Virus record (IMG/VR): IMGVR_UViG_2718218201_000002
Location: 1-64,000 of that record
From: a virus
Lineage: Duplodnaviria; Heunggongvirae; Uroviricota; Caudoviricetes
Reading direction: 5' to 3' (one strand)
DNA length: 64,000 nt
Part shown: in pieces, positions 1 through 10,040 of the stretch
Numbering within the stretch: position 1 is the first letter of the stretch
Layout of the letters: each line of letters starts with the position of its first letter
The notes under the pieces: generated by a model
Seen by the model: only the letters and a program-made list of their open reading frames with translations
Told to the model about the DNA's origin: nothing
Database searches by the model: none
Position numbers and translations under genes: made by a program

Positions 1-115
1 TTAACAATATTGACTTATAACTTTCGCCATTTCAGCAATTTTTTCTCGCCTGATTTTAATTCTCCACTTAGCTGAAAAATCTTCTAAAATACATCTGCCC
101 ATAACAATTTTCATC

Positions 116-703
116 TTACTTCTTCTCCTTGAATTTAGAACAAGTGTACTGATTGTCTTCTTCAATGATATCTTCAATTAATTTATTTTCCAACGTTTTC
201 TTTAAGATTGAACAAACACCATTTCTGTATCTTGCGCACAGTTGACACTTACTTTCAAATTTATCTCTTTCTTGTTGATTGTTAAAAATACCATGCCAAC
301 CTGTTTGAGTGAATGTTAGTTCTAAACGTGGATTAGTAGCATCTATGTATACCCTGTTGAATCTCGGAACAACTTTCTTATCATTAATAAAAACCAATCC
401 GGACTCCTCAATTGAGTCATTGAGTGATTTTAAAGTATTGTCCAAGTCAACGTTTATTCTTGTTACGTAAGCATCAATATCCATAAAGATATAATTGTCA
501 CGTGTATATTCAATATCCCAATCAACATTCATTGGCAAGGACATTTGTTTCTCAACATTAATCATAATATCCATTCTATTCTCTTTACCGGCTTTAGACA
601 AAATCTTCTTGCCCGTTGGTCTACCACCTGAGAATTGTTGTATGTATAATTTGTTTAACGATGTTGGTAACGGCAACGATAGCTTACATGATTTTTTTGT
701 CAT
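116..703 (-). CDS. hypothetical protein, Cys-rich C-terminus (CQLCARYRNGVC)
   Basis: 195-aa ORF tightly packed with its co-directional neighbours. No recognisable catalytic motif. Confidence 0.4.
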   Translation of the reverse strand: MTKKSCKLSLPLPTSLNKLYIQQFSGGRPTGKKILSKAGKENRMDIMINVEKQMSLPMNVDWDIEYTRDNYIFMDIDAYVTRINVDLDNTLKSLNDSIEESGLVFINDKKVVPRFNRVYIDATNPRLELTFTQTGWHGIFNNQQERDKFESKCQLCARYRNGVCSILKKTLENKLIEDIIEEDNQYTCSKFKEKK

Positions 704-707
704 AAGG

Positions 708-1133
708 TTATTTCACCAATCCATCATTAACAAAAATTTTTTTCATACTATTATTAAAATATTTATGAAGTGTACTAGCTTTATCAGTATCACTTGGCTT
801 AAACTCTCGTTCTTTATACAACATGTCGCAATACTCTTTGTAGTCTTTTAATATTTGTTCTGCTCTGTCTTGAGACTGATGACTATTATCTACTTCATCT
901 TCGTCCACAAATGAATTAGCATGCTTGATTGTAATCATTAGTTGTAAAGTAATGTCATTGTTGTTCATGTTGAGTGAGTTGTAATAATTTTTACTGTCGT
1001 TATACTCTACTGAATCAATGATAAGGTCATCGTCACATAAAGCCAACTCTTCAATTTCATCTAAATACCCGTGTAGTTGGGTAACTAATTTTTCTTCTTT
1101 TTCTTGCGCTTCTCGTAATGTTAATTTGTCCAT
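708..1133 (-). CDS. hypothetical acidic protein
   Basis: 141-aa ORF lying 5 nt downstream of the previous gene on the same strand. Confidence 0.35.
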   Translation of the reverse strand: MDKLTLREAQEKEEKLVTQLHGYLDEIEELALCDDDLIIDSVEYNDSKNYYNSLNMNNNDITLQLMITIKHANSFVDEDEVDNSHQSQDRAEQILKDYKEYCDMLYKEREFKPSDTDKASTLHKYFNNSMKKIFVNDGLVK

Positions 1134-1138
1134 TCTTA

Positions 1139-1894
1139 TTATCCTCTCTTAGCTTTATTTAATTGTGATTCGATTTCTTTTTTAATAAGCGGTTCTGGTT
1201 TATACTTTTCTTCCCAACCATCTGGTTTCATAATTTTATTAGTTGTAGCATCAATAATAGGTTTGCCATTTTTGTCCAACTTTTTCATATTCGCTTGGTG
1301 AATTATATCAAATACAGGCTTTGGATTGACTCCTGTCTCCACAATTGAGCCATAGTTAATGTAATTAATATCATTAAGAGCATCAGTCTGGTGCAGCAAA
1401 ATTTCATTACTAGGGAATGAGCCTTTAGCGAAACATTTGTTCTTAGCTTTGTGTACTGAATGAATTAAATCATTAACCAGACTTTCTGTTTGTTGCTCAT
1501 CACCTGACACTGAAGCCCATAAGAATTCAACTAGCTCTTCAACTAAATAATCAGCACGTTGTTTAGCTCTTTCTGGTACAATTGGGGTTGGTTTAGTTGC
1601 TACTGGGTGCCCGAATGCCTTATGAAATTCCATAACGTCAAAGTATGGTTTATACACTTTATTATTTTGCTTTGGATTATATGGTCTAAGATTCACGTGA
1701 GGTACTTTGATTAATTGTGTTGTACGTGTTCCTTCTTCTTTATTTTGTTCAAGAATAACTTCTACTAATACGTACGCACCTTCTTGACCAATTACCTTTC
1801 CTGATTTCTTAGTTTTAATGTCAATAACAAAACTTCCATTTTTAAATTTTGTAAACATATTCTCTTTCTCCTTATTTGTATTGTTGTATTTCAC
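1139..1894 (-). CDS. hypothetical protein; C-terminal half weakly resembles all-alpha MazG/HisE-like NTP pyrophosphohydrolases
   Basis: 251-aa ORF. The segment FHKAFGHP...RADYLVEELVEFLWA resembles the EExxE helix pattern of MazG-type pyrophosphatases. This is weak. Confidence 0.3.
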   Translation of the reverse strand: MKYNNTNKEKENMFTKFKNGSFVIDIKTKKSGKVIGQEGAYVLVEVILEQNKEEGTRTTQLIKVPHVNLRPYNPKQNNKVYKPYFDVMEFHKAFGHPVATKPTPIVPERAKQRADYLVEELVEFLWASVSGDEQQTESLVNDLIHSVHKAKNKCFAKGSFPSNEILLHQTDALNDINYINYGSIVETGVNPKPVFDIIHQANMKKLDKNGKPIIDATTNKIMKPDGWEEKYKPEPLIKKEIESQLNKAKRG

Positions 1895-2108
1895 TTATTA
1901 ACTTTTGTAATTTACGTTTAGTCACAAACACATACCATAAATTAGATAAGCTAAAAGGGAGCTCTTTTAACTCCCTGATAACTTTAAAGACACGATATTC
2001 AAGTATAATAGTTGACATCTTGTCCATTTCTTGCGCATCTAATAAGTGTACGTATGTCATGTAAATCCCTTTAATTACTTTATCTAGCTCTCTCCTGTTA
2101 CTTGTCAT
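1872..2108 (-). CDS. hypothetical small protein
   Basis: 78-aa ORF overlapping the downstream gene by 23 nt. Confidence 0.25.
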   Translation of the reverse strand: MTSNRRELDKVIKGIYMTYVHLLDAQEMDKMSTIILEYRVFKVIRELKELPFSLSNLWYVFVTKRKLQKLISEIQQYK

Positions 2109-2127
2109 ACGTTACACACCTCATATA

Positions 2128-2364
2128 TTAAAACTGTTCAACAAATGCATTAATCTTCAATCCAACTTCTTTATTAACCATGATATTATCAACTAAGTGA
2201 ATCATAGTTGGAGTTGACATTACTCCATACTCACCTGCTAAGTCTGGACGTTCCATTACATCTACATATTCATATTTAAAATTGATTGAGTCTAAATGAC
2301 TTTTAACTGCTTTGCAAGGATTACATGTTGGTGAACCGAATAAAATAAATTTAGTTTCTTTCAT
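2128..2364 (-). CDS. thioredoxin/glutaredoxin-like redoxin (CxxC = CNPC), likely RNR hydrogen donor
   Basis: 78 aa. Has the motif GSPTCNPCK near the N-terminus with a thioredoxin-fold spacing, and sits immediately downstream of the nrd genes. Confidence 0.6.
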   Translation of the reverse strand: MKETKFILFGSPTCNPCKAVKSHLDSINFKYEYVDVMERPDLAGEYGVMSTPTMIHLVDNIMVNKEVGLKINAFVEQF

Positions 2365-3023
2365 TATTTATTTACCTCTTTATTTTTATTTTGTATTAAT
2401 TCTGTTAATTCTTTGACTCGATGATATAATTCATTTTTATTAATATGTGTGGTTGTAATTAAGTAATCATAATCAAATGAATCAATATATGTTTCTGTTT
2501 CGTGTTGTAAGTCTTTTTCGTCAAAATCATCATTTAACTCTTGTATACGTTTAAGACGCACAACATCATCACACTCAACTTTTATGATTGTAAAATCATT
2601 CTGCTTAGCAAACTCGTATTCGTTTGGTTGTCGCAAATCAGTAATAATGTTGACAATAGTATAACTGCCATAGTCAAAACCGATGTTTCTTAGATTGTCG
2701 TTAATCTTTTTTGCAACAAAATCAACCCAAATGTTCTCATTTCTCTGTCTTAAATTTTGACCTAACCATTGAATAAGTTGTCTAGGCTTTTGTCCTTCAT
2801 TAAATTCATGAGGATATAATTGTCTAGCTGCCTGCTTCAGCGAGTCTCCAAAACTAAACGTTCTAACATATACGTTTTTATGAGGATTACTCAAAGACTT
2901 CACGATAGCACCAGCTACTGAGTCTTTACCTGAGCGCATCTTTCCAGTTAACGCAATGTTAATTTGTTTAATATTAATTGGTTTGTATAATGTAGGAATT
3001 GGGGTTTTAGTCATATTGTTCAC
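2364..3023 (-). CDS. P-loop deoxynucleoside monophosphate kinase-like (T4 gp1-like)
   Basis: N-terminal Walker A LTGKMRSGKDS resembles T4 dNMP kinase GVKRSGKDT. Its ATG overlaps the stop of the next gene. Confidence 0.5.
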   Translation of the reverse strand: MNNMTKTPIPTLYKPINIKQINIALTGKMRSGKDSVAGAIVKSLSNPHKNVYVRTFSFGDSLKQAARQLYPHEFNEGQKPRQLIQWLGQNLRQRNENIWVDFVAKKINDNLRNIGFDYGSYTIVNIITDLRQPNEYEFAKQNDFTIIKVECDDVVRLKRIQELNDDFDEKDLQHETETYIDSFDYDYLITTTHINKNELYHRVKELTELIQNKNKEVNK

Positions 3024-3027
3024 TCCA

Positions 3028-4047
3028 TTAATGATTCAAGAATTTTTTAGAGATTTCATAAGATTCAACATTGTTAAAGTCAAAATCTTTATCTCGTAAA
3101 TCCTTGTTATTAAGTGATAAAACATATCCATCACCTTTTGTTGAGAAAAAGTCATGGTTTTTAGTTTCAGTATTTAAACCATTTTCTACAATTGGATTGA
3201 ATGGGTCTGGATTAAAAACAACGTCATGTCCTAAATTCATTAACGCTTTGTTACCGTTGTATTGAATATATCTAATAACGTCTTCAGTTAATCCAATAGA
3301 ATCATATAATGAAGCTGTATATTCACACTCATTAAAGTAAAGCGCATCAAATAACTCCATCATTTCTTTCTTCAAACGCTTTTTAGTTTCTTCGTCGAAT
3401 GTATTGTAAATATCTTGAGCAGCAATACCCACTCCTACGCCATGAATACTTTCGTCAAGAATAATCTTGCGAATGATTTCACCTGAGGCAATCATCTTAC
3501 CTTGTCCTGAAAGTAATAATGGATAGTAGAACCCTGAGTAAAACAAGAATGATTCAAGAAATACTGACGCTACCATTGCCATATATAATTCTTCATCTGA
3601 TACTTCCTCTTTAAGTAATGCTCGATAATATTTAGCAATAAGTGTTGTTTTCTTATTTAAATACTTATTAGCTGGTACCCATTCTTCTAAGTAGTATTCT
3701 GTTTCCTTACGGTCGATTAAAGTTGTAAAAATATGAGTGTATGACTTGTGATGAATGTTTTCCATCATACCCATAAAAGAGAAAACTGATGACCATAGTG
3801 GGTGAGGATAATGGAATTGAATCAAAGGCATACCCTCTGCGGCTTGAGTGGTATCAAGTCCCGCAAGACCTGATAACACTTTAATATAAACCTCTTGTTC
3901 ATCTTTAGATAAACTTTTCCATGACGTAATATCTTTTGACGGCTTGAATTCATCTTCTGTCCACATTTGTGCTACATTTTGTTTCCAGAATGTTAATGCA
4001 ATGTGCTCCTTATCCCAATTAGTAGCTTTAGCTTGGATTGTTGTCAT
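3028..4047 (-). CDS. nrdF: ribonucleotide reductase class Ib beta subunit
   Basis: 339 aa with diiron/tyrosyl-radical R2 family signature regions (EDEFKPS..., ...EQEVYIKVLSGLAGLDT..., ...ESFLFYSGF..., ...DESIHG...). Confidence 0.85.
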   Translation of the reverse strand: MTTIQAKATNWDKEHIALTFWKQNVAQMWTEDEFKPSKDITSWKSLSKDEQEVYIKVLSGLAGLDTTQAAEGMPLIQFHYPHPLWSSVFSFMGMMENIHHKSYTHIFTTLIDRKETEYYLEEWVPANKYLNKKTTLIAKYYRALLKEEVSDEELYMAMVASVFLESFLFYSGFYYPLLLSGQGKMIASGEIIRKIILDESIHGVGVGIAAQDIYNTFDEETKKRLKKEMMELFDALYFNECEYTASLYDSIGLTEDVIRYIQYNGNKALMNLGHDVVFNPDPFNPIVENGLNTETKNHDFFSTKGDGYVLSLNNKDLRDKDFDFNNVESYEISKKFLNH

Positions 4048-4084
4048 TTATGTATTATCCTTTCTGTCTTTTATTATTTTTAAA

Positions 4085-4450
4085 CTACACGGCACAACTT
4101 GTACATTCAGCGATACTTAATAGTTTGTTACGTGTGTAGTAGAGTGATTTTAATCCTCTATCATGTGCATATGCATATAATCTAGCCAGCTTGTTAGTTT
4201 CAATTTCACTGTTTACAAATAAAATTGTTGACACGCCTTGGTCAATCCATTTTTGCGCAACAGCAGCTACATTGATAATGTGTTCGTTTGGAATTTCAAA
4301 TGCTGTTGGTGAGTAATACCACATTGTTTGTGCTGATAAATATGGCATTGGGTAAAATGTTTCTGAGTTACCGTATGTACGGCGCTCAACAATATCAACT
4401 ACTGGAGTTAATGCTGAGCTACAATTTGTTATGTAACTGATAGACTGTGT
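4085..4450 (-). CDS. nrdE: ribonucleotide reductase alpha subunit, exon 3 (C-terminal, ends ...ECTSCAV)
   Basis: The ORF 4085..4348 extends upstream in frame to TQSISYITNCSSALTPVVDIVERRTYGNSETFYPMPYL. This aligns with the APTGSISY...TYGNSKTYYPMPGL region and the C-terminal CxxC tail of NrdE. The base before the exon (minus strand) is G. Confidence 0.75.
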   Translation of the reverse strand, partial: TQSISYITNCSSALTPVVDIVERRTYGNSETFYPMPYLSAQTMWYYSPTAFEIPNEHIINVAAVAQKWIDQGVSTILFVNSEIETNKLARLYAYAHDRGLKSLYYTRNKLLSIAECTSCAV

Positions 4451-5701
4451 CCTTTGTGTTCGACTAAGGTCGTTAATCTTAGCCCGTTCTCTTATGAACT
4501 GCTTTACGTTTCCGTAAATGAGCAGACTATATCACACCTTGTGAGCCACTAAGGTCTTCACAAGGCATCTCCCACTTCCACTCACTTGAGTGTACTTCCC
4601 GCAACGGAATAGTCGTTGAACTTTCCTTTTAAAATATGATGTTAATAATTTATTATATGTAAAGATAAATAATCTCCACTATTAATTCTTTCTATTGTAT
4701 GTATCTTGAATCTTTTAATTAAATGAGGTAGTTTTTCTATCAATATTCTATGTGCTTGAGAACGAGTAATCGAATTTTTAATAGCAAAGTCTTTTATGTT
4801 TTCATAGTAACGAGTTTCATCATTTTCATACTTCACTTTGAACGGATTAAGATATTGAAGGTGAATTTTATTTTTTAAAGCTACTCTGCCTACTATTTCC
4901 CCATTAGGAATAGCTTCGACTTCTTCTAATTTCAATATGTTCAAAAAATCCCCTTTTAATAAATCTTTTTCTATTCTTGTCCTACCTGTTTTAAACGATT
5001 TTGCCATTTTTGCACAAGATTGATAATAGCTGAATAACTTCCCGTTCGGATAACTTACTTTAATAAATTTACTAGCAGGGCTAATTGCATTACCTGAATG
5101 GTAGGCGTGAAGCGTATTATATGATATTGTCGCCCACTCCAAATTCGTTGCTTCATTATTGTCTTTAATACTGTTTTTATGATTAACAACTGGTAAATTT
5201 AAAGGGTTAGGTACAAATGCTTCAGCGACAAGTCTATGCACTCGTGCCGTTGTTAAAGTTCCGTCCGTATTTGTTATGCCAACTGTTAAATATCCGTCTT
5301 TGTCTTTTCTGGGCTTTTTGAATATCCAACGATTATGTCCACCATGCCAACCTTTTACTCTCCCTAAGTTGCTGACCATATATCTCGGATTGTTTTTACA
5401 TGTTAACCAAAGCTCATTTAATTTTAATTTATTTCCTTTATGTATAATACTTTCTGCTTTTATTTCCATTAACATCACCTCTAAATTATGTAAATAACAC
5501 ATATTTTAAAAGGCTTAGCTGCGCTGATTCCCTATTATTTAGCACTTAGGATTTAACCATATGCCATCTAACTAATTTTTTCTGATTTCTCAACATTCAC
5601 GTCCGCTTCACAGCCCCGTTGTAGTTTAGTTAGCTTTAAGGCAATTCCCGCAATTCAAGAGATTTATCAATAGCATTAATTTACTATCGCCCTAATCAAT
5701 A
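4451..5701 (-). mobile_element. group I intron 2 of nrdE, carrying an HNH homing endonuclease ORF
   Basis: It interrupts nrdE between LSIAP and TQSIS. The flanks are GC-richer and structured. The 5' exon ends in U and the intron ends in G. Confidence 0.7.
4642..5502 (-). CDS. intron-encoded HNH homing endonuclease (I-HmuI-like, NUMOD4/HNH_3)
   Basis: YMVSNLGRV (NUMOD4), then HRLVAEAF and VNHKNSIKDNNEATNLEW (HNH). The true start is probably the internal MEIKAES. Confidence 0.75.
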   Translation of the reverse strand: MCYLHNLEVMLMEIKAESIIHKGNKLKLNELWLTCKNNPRYMVSNLGRVKGWHGGHNRWIFKKPRKDKDGYLTVGITNTDGTLTTARVHRLVAEAFVPNPLNLPVVNHKNSIKDNNEATNLEWATISYNTLHAYHSGNAISPASKFIKVSYPNGKLFSYYQSCAKMAKSFKTGRTRIEKDLLKGDFLNILKLEEVEAIPNGEIVGRVALKNKIHLQYLNPFKVKYENDETRYYENIKDFAIKNSITRSQAHRILIEKLPHLIKRFKIHTIERINSGDYLSLHIINY

Positions 5702-6316
5702 AGGTGCAATTGACAATCTATATCCGTTGTATAAACCATGCTTACCAACATCTTTTGCTAAACGTTGCCAATCTTCTTTTGTTGGAATGTAAATATCTTT
5801 GAAGATTTCTTTTACTTTATCAGTTACAGGCTTAACATCTTCTGTCACACGATTATTTTTATAGAAATACTTACCATACTCTTTTTCTTTAATTGCATAA
5901 TCAGAGGTTTCAAAACCATAGAATTTATCGTTACGTTCTTTAGCGATTCTCATTGATTCATCTAATGAATAGTAATCCATCATCATACAGTAGACGTTGA
6001 TAAGGTCTAATGATTCTTCTGAACCATATCTAATTTGATTCTTAGCACACATTGAATGGAATGACATTACACCAAGACCAACAGCACGAATATTTTTGTT
6101 TGCTTTATGAACAGTTGGTAAATGTTCGATACGTGAATTGTTAGCTACAAATGTTAAAGCTCTCATGCCTGTTCTGATTGATTCTTCAACAGCGTTTTCT
6201 TCAATTGATTTAACCATGTTTAATGAAGCTAAATTACAAATAATATCTTGCCCTAAGTTATCTTCTTCGTAATAATCTTTGATTTCTGACACGTTCATGT
6301 ACTGGAAAATTTCTGT
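5702..6316 (-). CDS. nrdE: ribonucleotide reductase alpha subunit, exon 2
   Basis: Begins TEIFQ... immediately after the exon-1 SNLC, reconstituting the SNLCTEI active-site motif. Ends ...GYRLSIAP, the APTxS motif region. Confidence 0.75.
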
Positions 6317-6640
6317 CAAATTCTTCACTTAGATTCGTTACTTCTAAGCAGCTTTTGTAAGCATCTGTATGTCACCATACACGCTGAGACTATATCACCA
6401 CCATATCCCACAATGGGACTTAGGTGCTCTTCCGTTTCGATTTAAAAGGGGCTTACGGTACTTATTACGTCTTGCCCTTACCACTTGGCTCTACACTTAC
6501 TCCAATAAAATATTAATTTTATCTAGTTTCAGTTAGTCGTTTGGCATTATTTTTAGCACTGGATTCTCACAATGTTCGTGTTTTCCCCAGTTTAGAAAGA
6601 GTTTTCACTGTAAACTTTCGTGTTACAGGGTGCACAATTT
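6317..6640 (-). mobile_element. group I intron 1 of nrdE (ORF-less, about 324 nt)
   Basis: Lies between the SNLC Cys codon (6641-6643) and TEIFQ (6316). It is GC-rich and structured, ends in G, and has no ORF. Confidence 0.65.
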
Positions 6641-7768
6641 ACACAAGTTAGACATTTTCACTTCGCCATGTTCGTTCAAAGCATGATTCTTATTGGCATT
6701 ATCTTTATACATAATATAAGGGTATCCAGATTGTAATTGTGTCTGAGCAATCATGTTTAGCATGTCACGTGCATTCATCTTTTTCTTAACAATATTCTCA
6801 TTCTCAACTAATTTGTCATACCACTCGGTAATATTAATATCATCAAGAATTACACCGTATTCTTTTTCAATTGAGTATGGTTCAAACATGTACAAGTCTT
6901 TGTTGTCCTTAGCTAAATCAAAGAATAGTGAAGGAACAATTAAACCGATAGACAATGTAGCTAATCTAGCGCCTTCGTCAGCATTAATCTTCTTACTGTT
7001 TAACAATTCAATTACGTCTGAATGGAAGATATTGAGATAAGCTGCTCCTGCCCCGTCTCTTGCACCCATTTGGTCGGCATAACCAACTTCACCTTCAATT
7101 AATTTGGCTACTGGGAACACACCTTTAGCTGCATTTTTAATACCTTTAATAGGTGCGCCACGCCCACGTAAACGAGTTAAGTTTACTGCTACGCCACCGG
7201 CAATCTTGCTCGCTTGTGACACCTGTCCACGAATAAAGTTAATTGAGTTTAATGTATCGTCCATAGTAAATAAGTAACATGAAGCTAATTCTCCACGTTG
7301 CTTACGTCCAGCGTTTAAATATGTGGGTGTAGCTGTTTGAACAGTTTGCAATGTGTGAGCTTTAATGTATTTCTTAGCCTGTTCAACATCACCATTTGCT
7401 AAATATAACGCTACAATAACGTTGTGTTGTTCAAAATTTTCAAGCCACAACATCTTACTACGAGTTTTTAATGCATATGTTTCATAGAATTTACTTGCAG
7501 CCATGAAACTTTGGAATTCAAAATTAAATGAGTAAGCATATTCAGTAAGCTCAATTAAATCTGATTCACTATATTGTTCGAACACGTCAATGTAATAGCC
7601 TTCTTCAACTAAATAGCGTAGTCGATTAATCTCGTTTGTAAATTTCTTTGTTTTTGAATCAACATGTTGGAGATAAAGTTCAATTGCTTCTTTATCCTTA
7701 TGAAGGCTTAATTGTCCCATTGAGTCTCTTCTCATAATTTCGTTATTCTTTTCAATCCACTTGCTCAT
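6641..7768 (-). CDS. nrdE: ribonucleotide reductase alpha subunit, exon 1 (N-terminal)
   Basis: 376 codons. Contains ...GVAVNLTRLRGRGAPIKG... and ends exactly at the SNLC active-site Cys. The ORF then reads through into intron sequence (KLCTL*). Confidence 0.8.
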
Positions 7769-7781
7769 TAAATGACCTCCA

Positions 7782-8138
7782 TTAGTAATTTAATAATTTA
7801 TCTTTATAATCTTCTAATTCTTTATCATCAGCATTTCTAATGAAATCAATGTCGTTAATAATCTTTTGTGTTAATGCATCGTTCACCTTTTTGTACCATA
7901 TTAGCGAGTTGTCCATTGTTGCTTCATCTAAGGCGTCAACGCTCTTGTTATCACTATCGATAAACAAATGACCAACTCCAAATTCATCAAAATCGGAAAG
8001 TATATTGATTTCAATATCTTCTTCAAATTCAAACTGTATATCCTTTAGCTTCTTTAAACATTTGATAGCTTCGGGAATAAGTTTAAATTCTTTTCTGTTA
8101 ATTTGTAACTCATTTATCAAAGCAATTTGATTATCCAC
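7782..8138 (-). CDS. hypothetical acidic protein between nrdI and nrdE
   Basis: 118-aa ORF in an operon position. Confidence 0.4.
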   Translation of the reverse strand: MDNQIALINELQINRKEFKLIPEAIKCLKKLKDIQFEFEEDIEINILSDFDEFGVGHLFIDSDNKSVDALDEATMDNSLIWYKKVNDALTQKIINDIDFIRNADDKELEDYKDKLLNY

Positions 8139-8151
8139 TAATTTTTGAATT

Positions 8152-8532
8152 TCAATAATTATCCCCTCCTTTTATGTATGACACTAATTTTTCTACATCG
8201 TTTTTGTTTCCATTCATCTCAAACTTCCCTATTAAATGAACACCATATGTTTCTGATACAATGTCACCAGCAATAGCGAAATTACTTCCCCAATTTCTAT
8301 TACCTGAGGACATAACTGCTTTAAGATTATCACTATTGTTATCAAGAAACGCCAGAACTGTCTTCGGCACTTCTCCAAAACTATATGTTGGTGTGACAAG
8401 TATGAATGGTTCATTAACGACACTATCTTCATCAATATTAAGTGTTCGAATCCCATGAGCTCTTAACTCTTTTGCAAAGACTTCTGTTTTTCCTGTGTAA
8501 GTGTAGTAGACAACCAGAATATCTTTATCCAA
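8152..8532 (-). CDS. nrdI: NrdI flavodoxin-like RNR activator
   Basis: 126 aa. ILVVYYTYTGKTE...TPTYSFGEVP...SGNRNWG is typical of NrdI. TTG start preceded by GAGGAAGGTGA. Confidence 0.8.
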   Translation of the reverse strand: MDKDILVVYYTYTGKTEVFAKELRAHGIRTLNIDEDSVVNEPFILVTPTYSFGEVPKTVLAFLDNNSDNLKAVMSSGNRNWGSNFAIAGDIVSETYGVHLIGKFEMNGNKNDVEKLVSYIKGGDNY

Positions 8533-8739
8533 GAGAACTCACCTTCCTCTTTTTGTCAATTAATTTATTTTTGTTCATAAAAATTATATTGCAAATTAAC
8601 AAGAAAATCCTCGTATGTTTCTAATGACTCGGTAAAATCAGCAGTGTTTTCTGTTCCTTCAATGTAAACATAACCTTGGCTTGTTTCTGTAATCTCTGTA
8701 TTCATTTGTATGACCTCTCGTCTTTAATAATTTAGTCTG

Positions 8740-9429
8740 TTAGTCTATAATTTCAATCTTAATTTTCTTTTTATTCTCTGAGGCATAATCAAAGATATGG
8801 TTTAAACTCGTCTCACCAATTTTAAACTCATCACCATTGAACTCACCTTCAATAGTTTTCTTAAACATGCCCTCGATTAATTCTTTAATTAAATCAACAT
8901 CAATTCGATTCTCTTCAATTACTAAGTATGATTGCAATTGTTTACCTGTAATGGTATCTGTGATAGCAAAAATCATTCTACCTCCATATTTATCAATTTC
9001 TGCTACTACACGCAAAACTAAGTTTTTGAAATCAGTAATCAAATCATCATTCAAAGTTTCATCAGCTTTAATCTTGTCCTCAATTTTGCTAATCTCACCA
9101 TTAGCAACAATAGCCGCTACATCAACTGATTTTGAAACTTCTTTTAAGGTTTTGGCTAACTCTTCTTTAGTAATTTCGACAGGTTCATTGTAAGTATTAA
9201 TAGCAACACCTCGATAAACTTTTTCTTTGTGGTTAGCTGCATCTAGCGCAATATGAAACTCTTGCTCACTAATTCCTGATGCTTGAATACTATAATCTCC
9301 CCAATTTTGCTCATGAAGATACTCATAGAATGAACCGACTGGACTCTTGTCAGACAGAGTTGTAAGAAACCAATTAATCGCTTCTTCCTCATTCTCAAAC
9401 CTTAAACCATCTACCGTGTATAATGGCAT
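8740..9429 (-). CDS. hypothetical protein
   Basis: 229-aa acidic ORF. Confidence 0.4.
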   Translation of the reverse strand: MPLYTVDGLRFENEEEAINWFLTTLSDKSPVGSFYEYLHEQNWGDYSIQASGISEQEFHIALDAANHKEKVYRGVAINTYNEPVEITKEELAKTLKEVSKSVDVAAIVANGEISKIEDKIKADETLNDDLITDFKNLVLRVVAEIDKYGGRMIFAITDTITGKQLQSYLVIEENRIDVDLIKELIEGMFKKTIEGEFNGDEFKIGETSLNHIFDYASENKKKIKIEIID

Positions 9430-9441
9430 AATGTTTCCCTC

Positions 9442-9954
9442 CTATTTAATTGAAAGTGTTTGATTAGTAACCAACTTGGCATAATCAATCTTTTCTACTT
9501 CTTCCTCACTTAAACTTTTAAGATACTTTTTGAAGCCCTCTTTATCTGGTTTACTGATAAATTCTTCTTTAATAAACTCTTTAGGCATTTTAGACTCATC
9601 ATAGATATGTAACACTTTTGAATTTCTAGTTGATACAGTGATAGTAGGTGTTTCTACTTTCTTTTTGTTAAGCTCTTTCATGTTATGTAATAAATATTCT
9701 TTAAGTCTAATAATTTGTTTCTCTTTCTTTTTTCTTAGGTTATCAATCTCACCTTTACGATTTTTAATAACTAATAAATCGTCTTCTAACTTTTGGATAA
9801 CCTTGCCTGTGTTTGCAATTTTTTCCTCAGCACCATCAGCGATAGCATCTAAAGTATCTTTTAAATCTTCGTAAGTTAAATCCTCGTTCTCATCAATAAA
9901 TCTTAATACATTATGATAAGATTCTGTGTAATCATATAGTTTCATGTCTTCCAT
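9442..9954 (-). CDS. hypothetical coiled-coil protein
   Basis: 170-aa ORF, rich in K/E with heptad-like repeats. Confidence 0.4.
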   Translation of the reverse strand: MEDMKLYDYTESYHNVLRFIDENEDLTYEDLKDTLDAIADGAEEKIANTGKVIQKLEDDLLVIKNRKGEIDNLRKKKEKQIIRLKEYLLHNMKELNKKKVETPTITVSTRNSKVLHIYDESKMPKEFIKEEFISKPDKEGFKKYLKSLSEEEVEKIDYAKLVTNQTLSIK

Positions 9955-10002
9955 ATAAGTAGCCTCCTATGTTTTGACATGCAACTTTATATTACTTTTA
10001 AT

Positions 10003-10031
10003 ATGATAAAGTATATCAAGTCACATGTCAA
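10003..10031 (-). promoter_or_regulatory. sigma-A-like promoter (TTGACA-17-TATCAT), preceded by the AGAAATAAATTAA motif
   Basis: Minus strand reads TTGACATGTGACTTGATATACTTTATCAT. The motif copy at 10041-10055 abuts the -35. Confidence 0.4.
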
Positions 10032-10040
10032 GTATATTTA

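Noticed and set aside
495-851. Plus-strand ORFs that lie antisense inside minus-strand genes (495..851, 1876..2064, 3071..3265, 5276..5497, 6753..7040, 8837..9193, 17473..18105, 18835..19194, 47290..47481, 54423..54734, 57351..57662 antisense to the plus gene, and others).
   Set aside because: They are embedded in clearly coding opposite-strand genes. They have low-complexity, hydrophobic AT-rich-codon translations, no RBS and no motifs. These are typical shadow ORFs.
4085-7768. An intein in nrdE (as in SPbeta bnrdE).
   Set aside because: The three exons join to a protein of about 702 aa with no extra in-frame insertion and no intein block motifs. The interruptions are intronic (in-frame stops and structured RNA), not protein-level.
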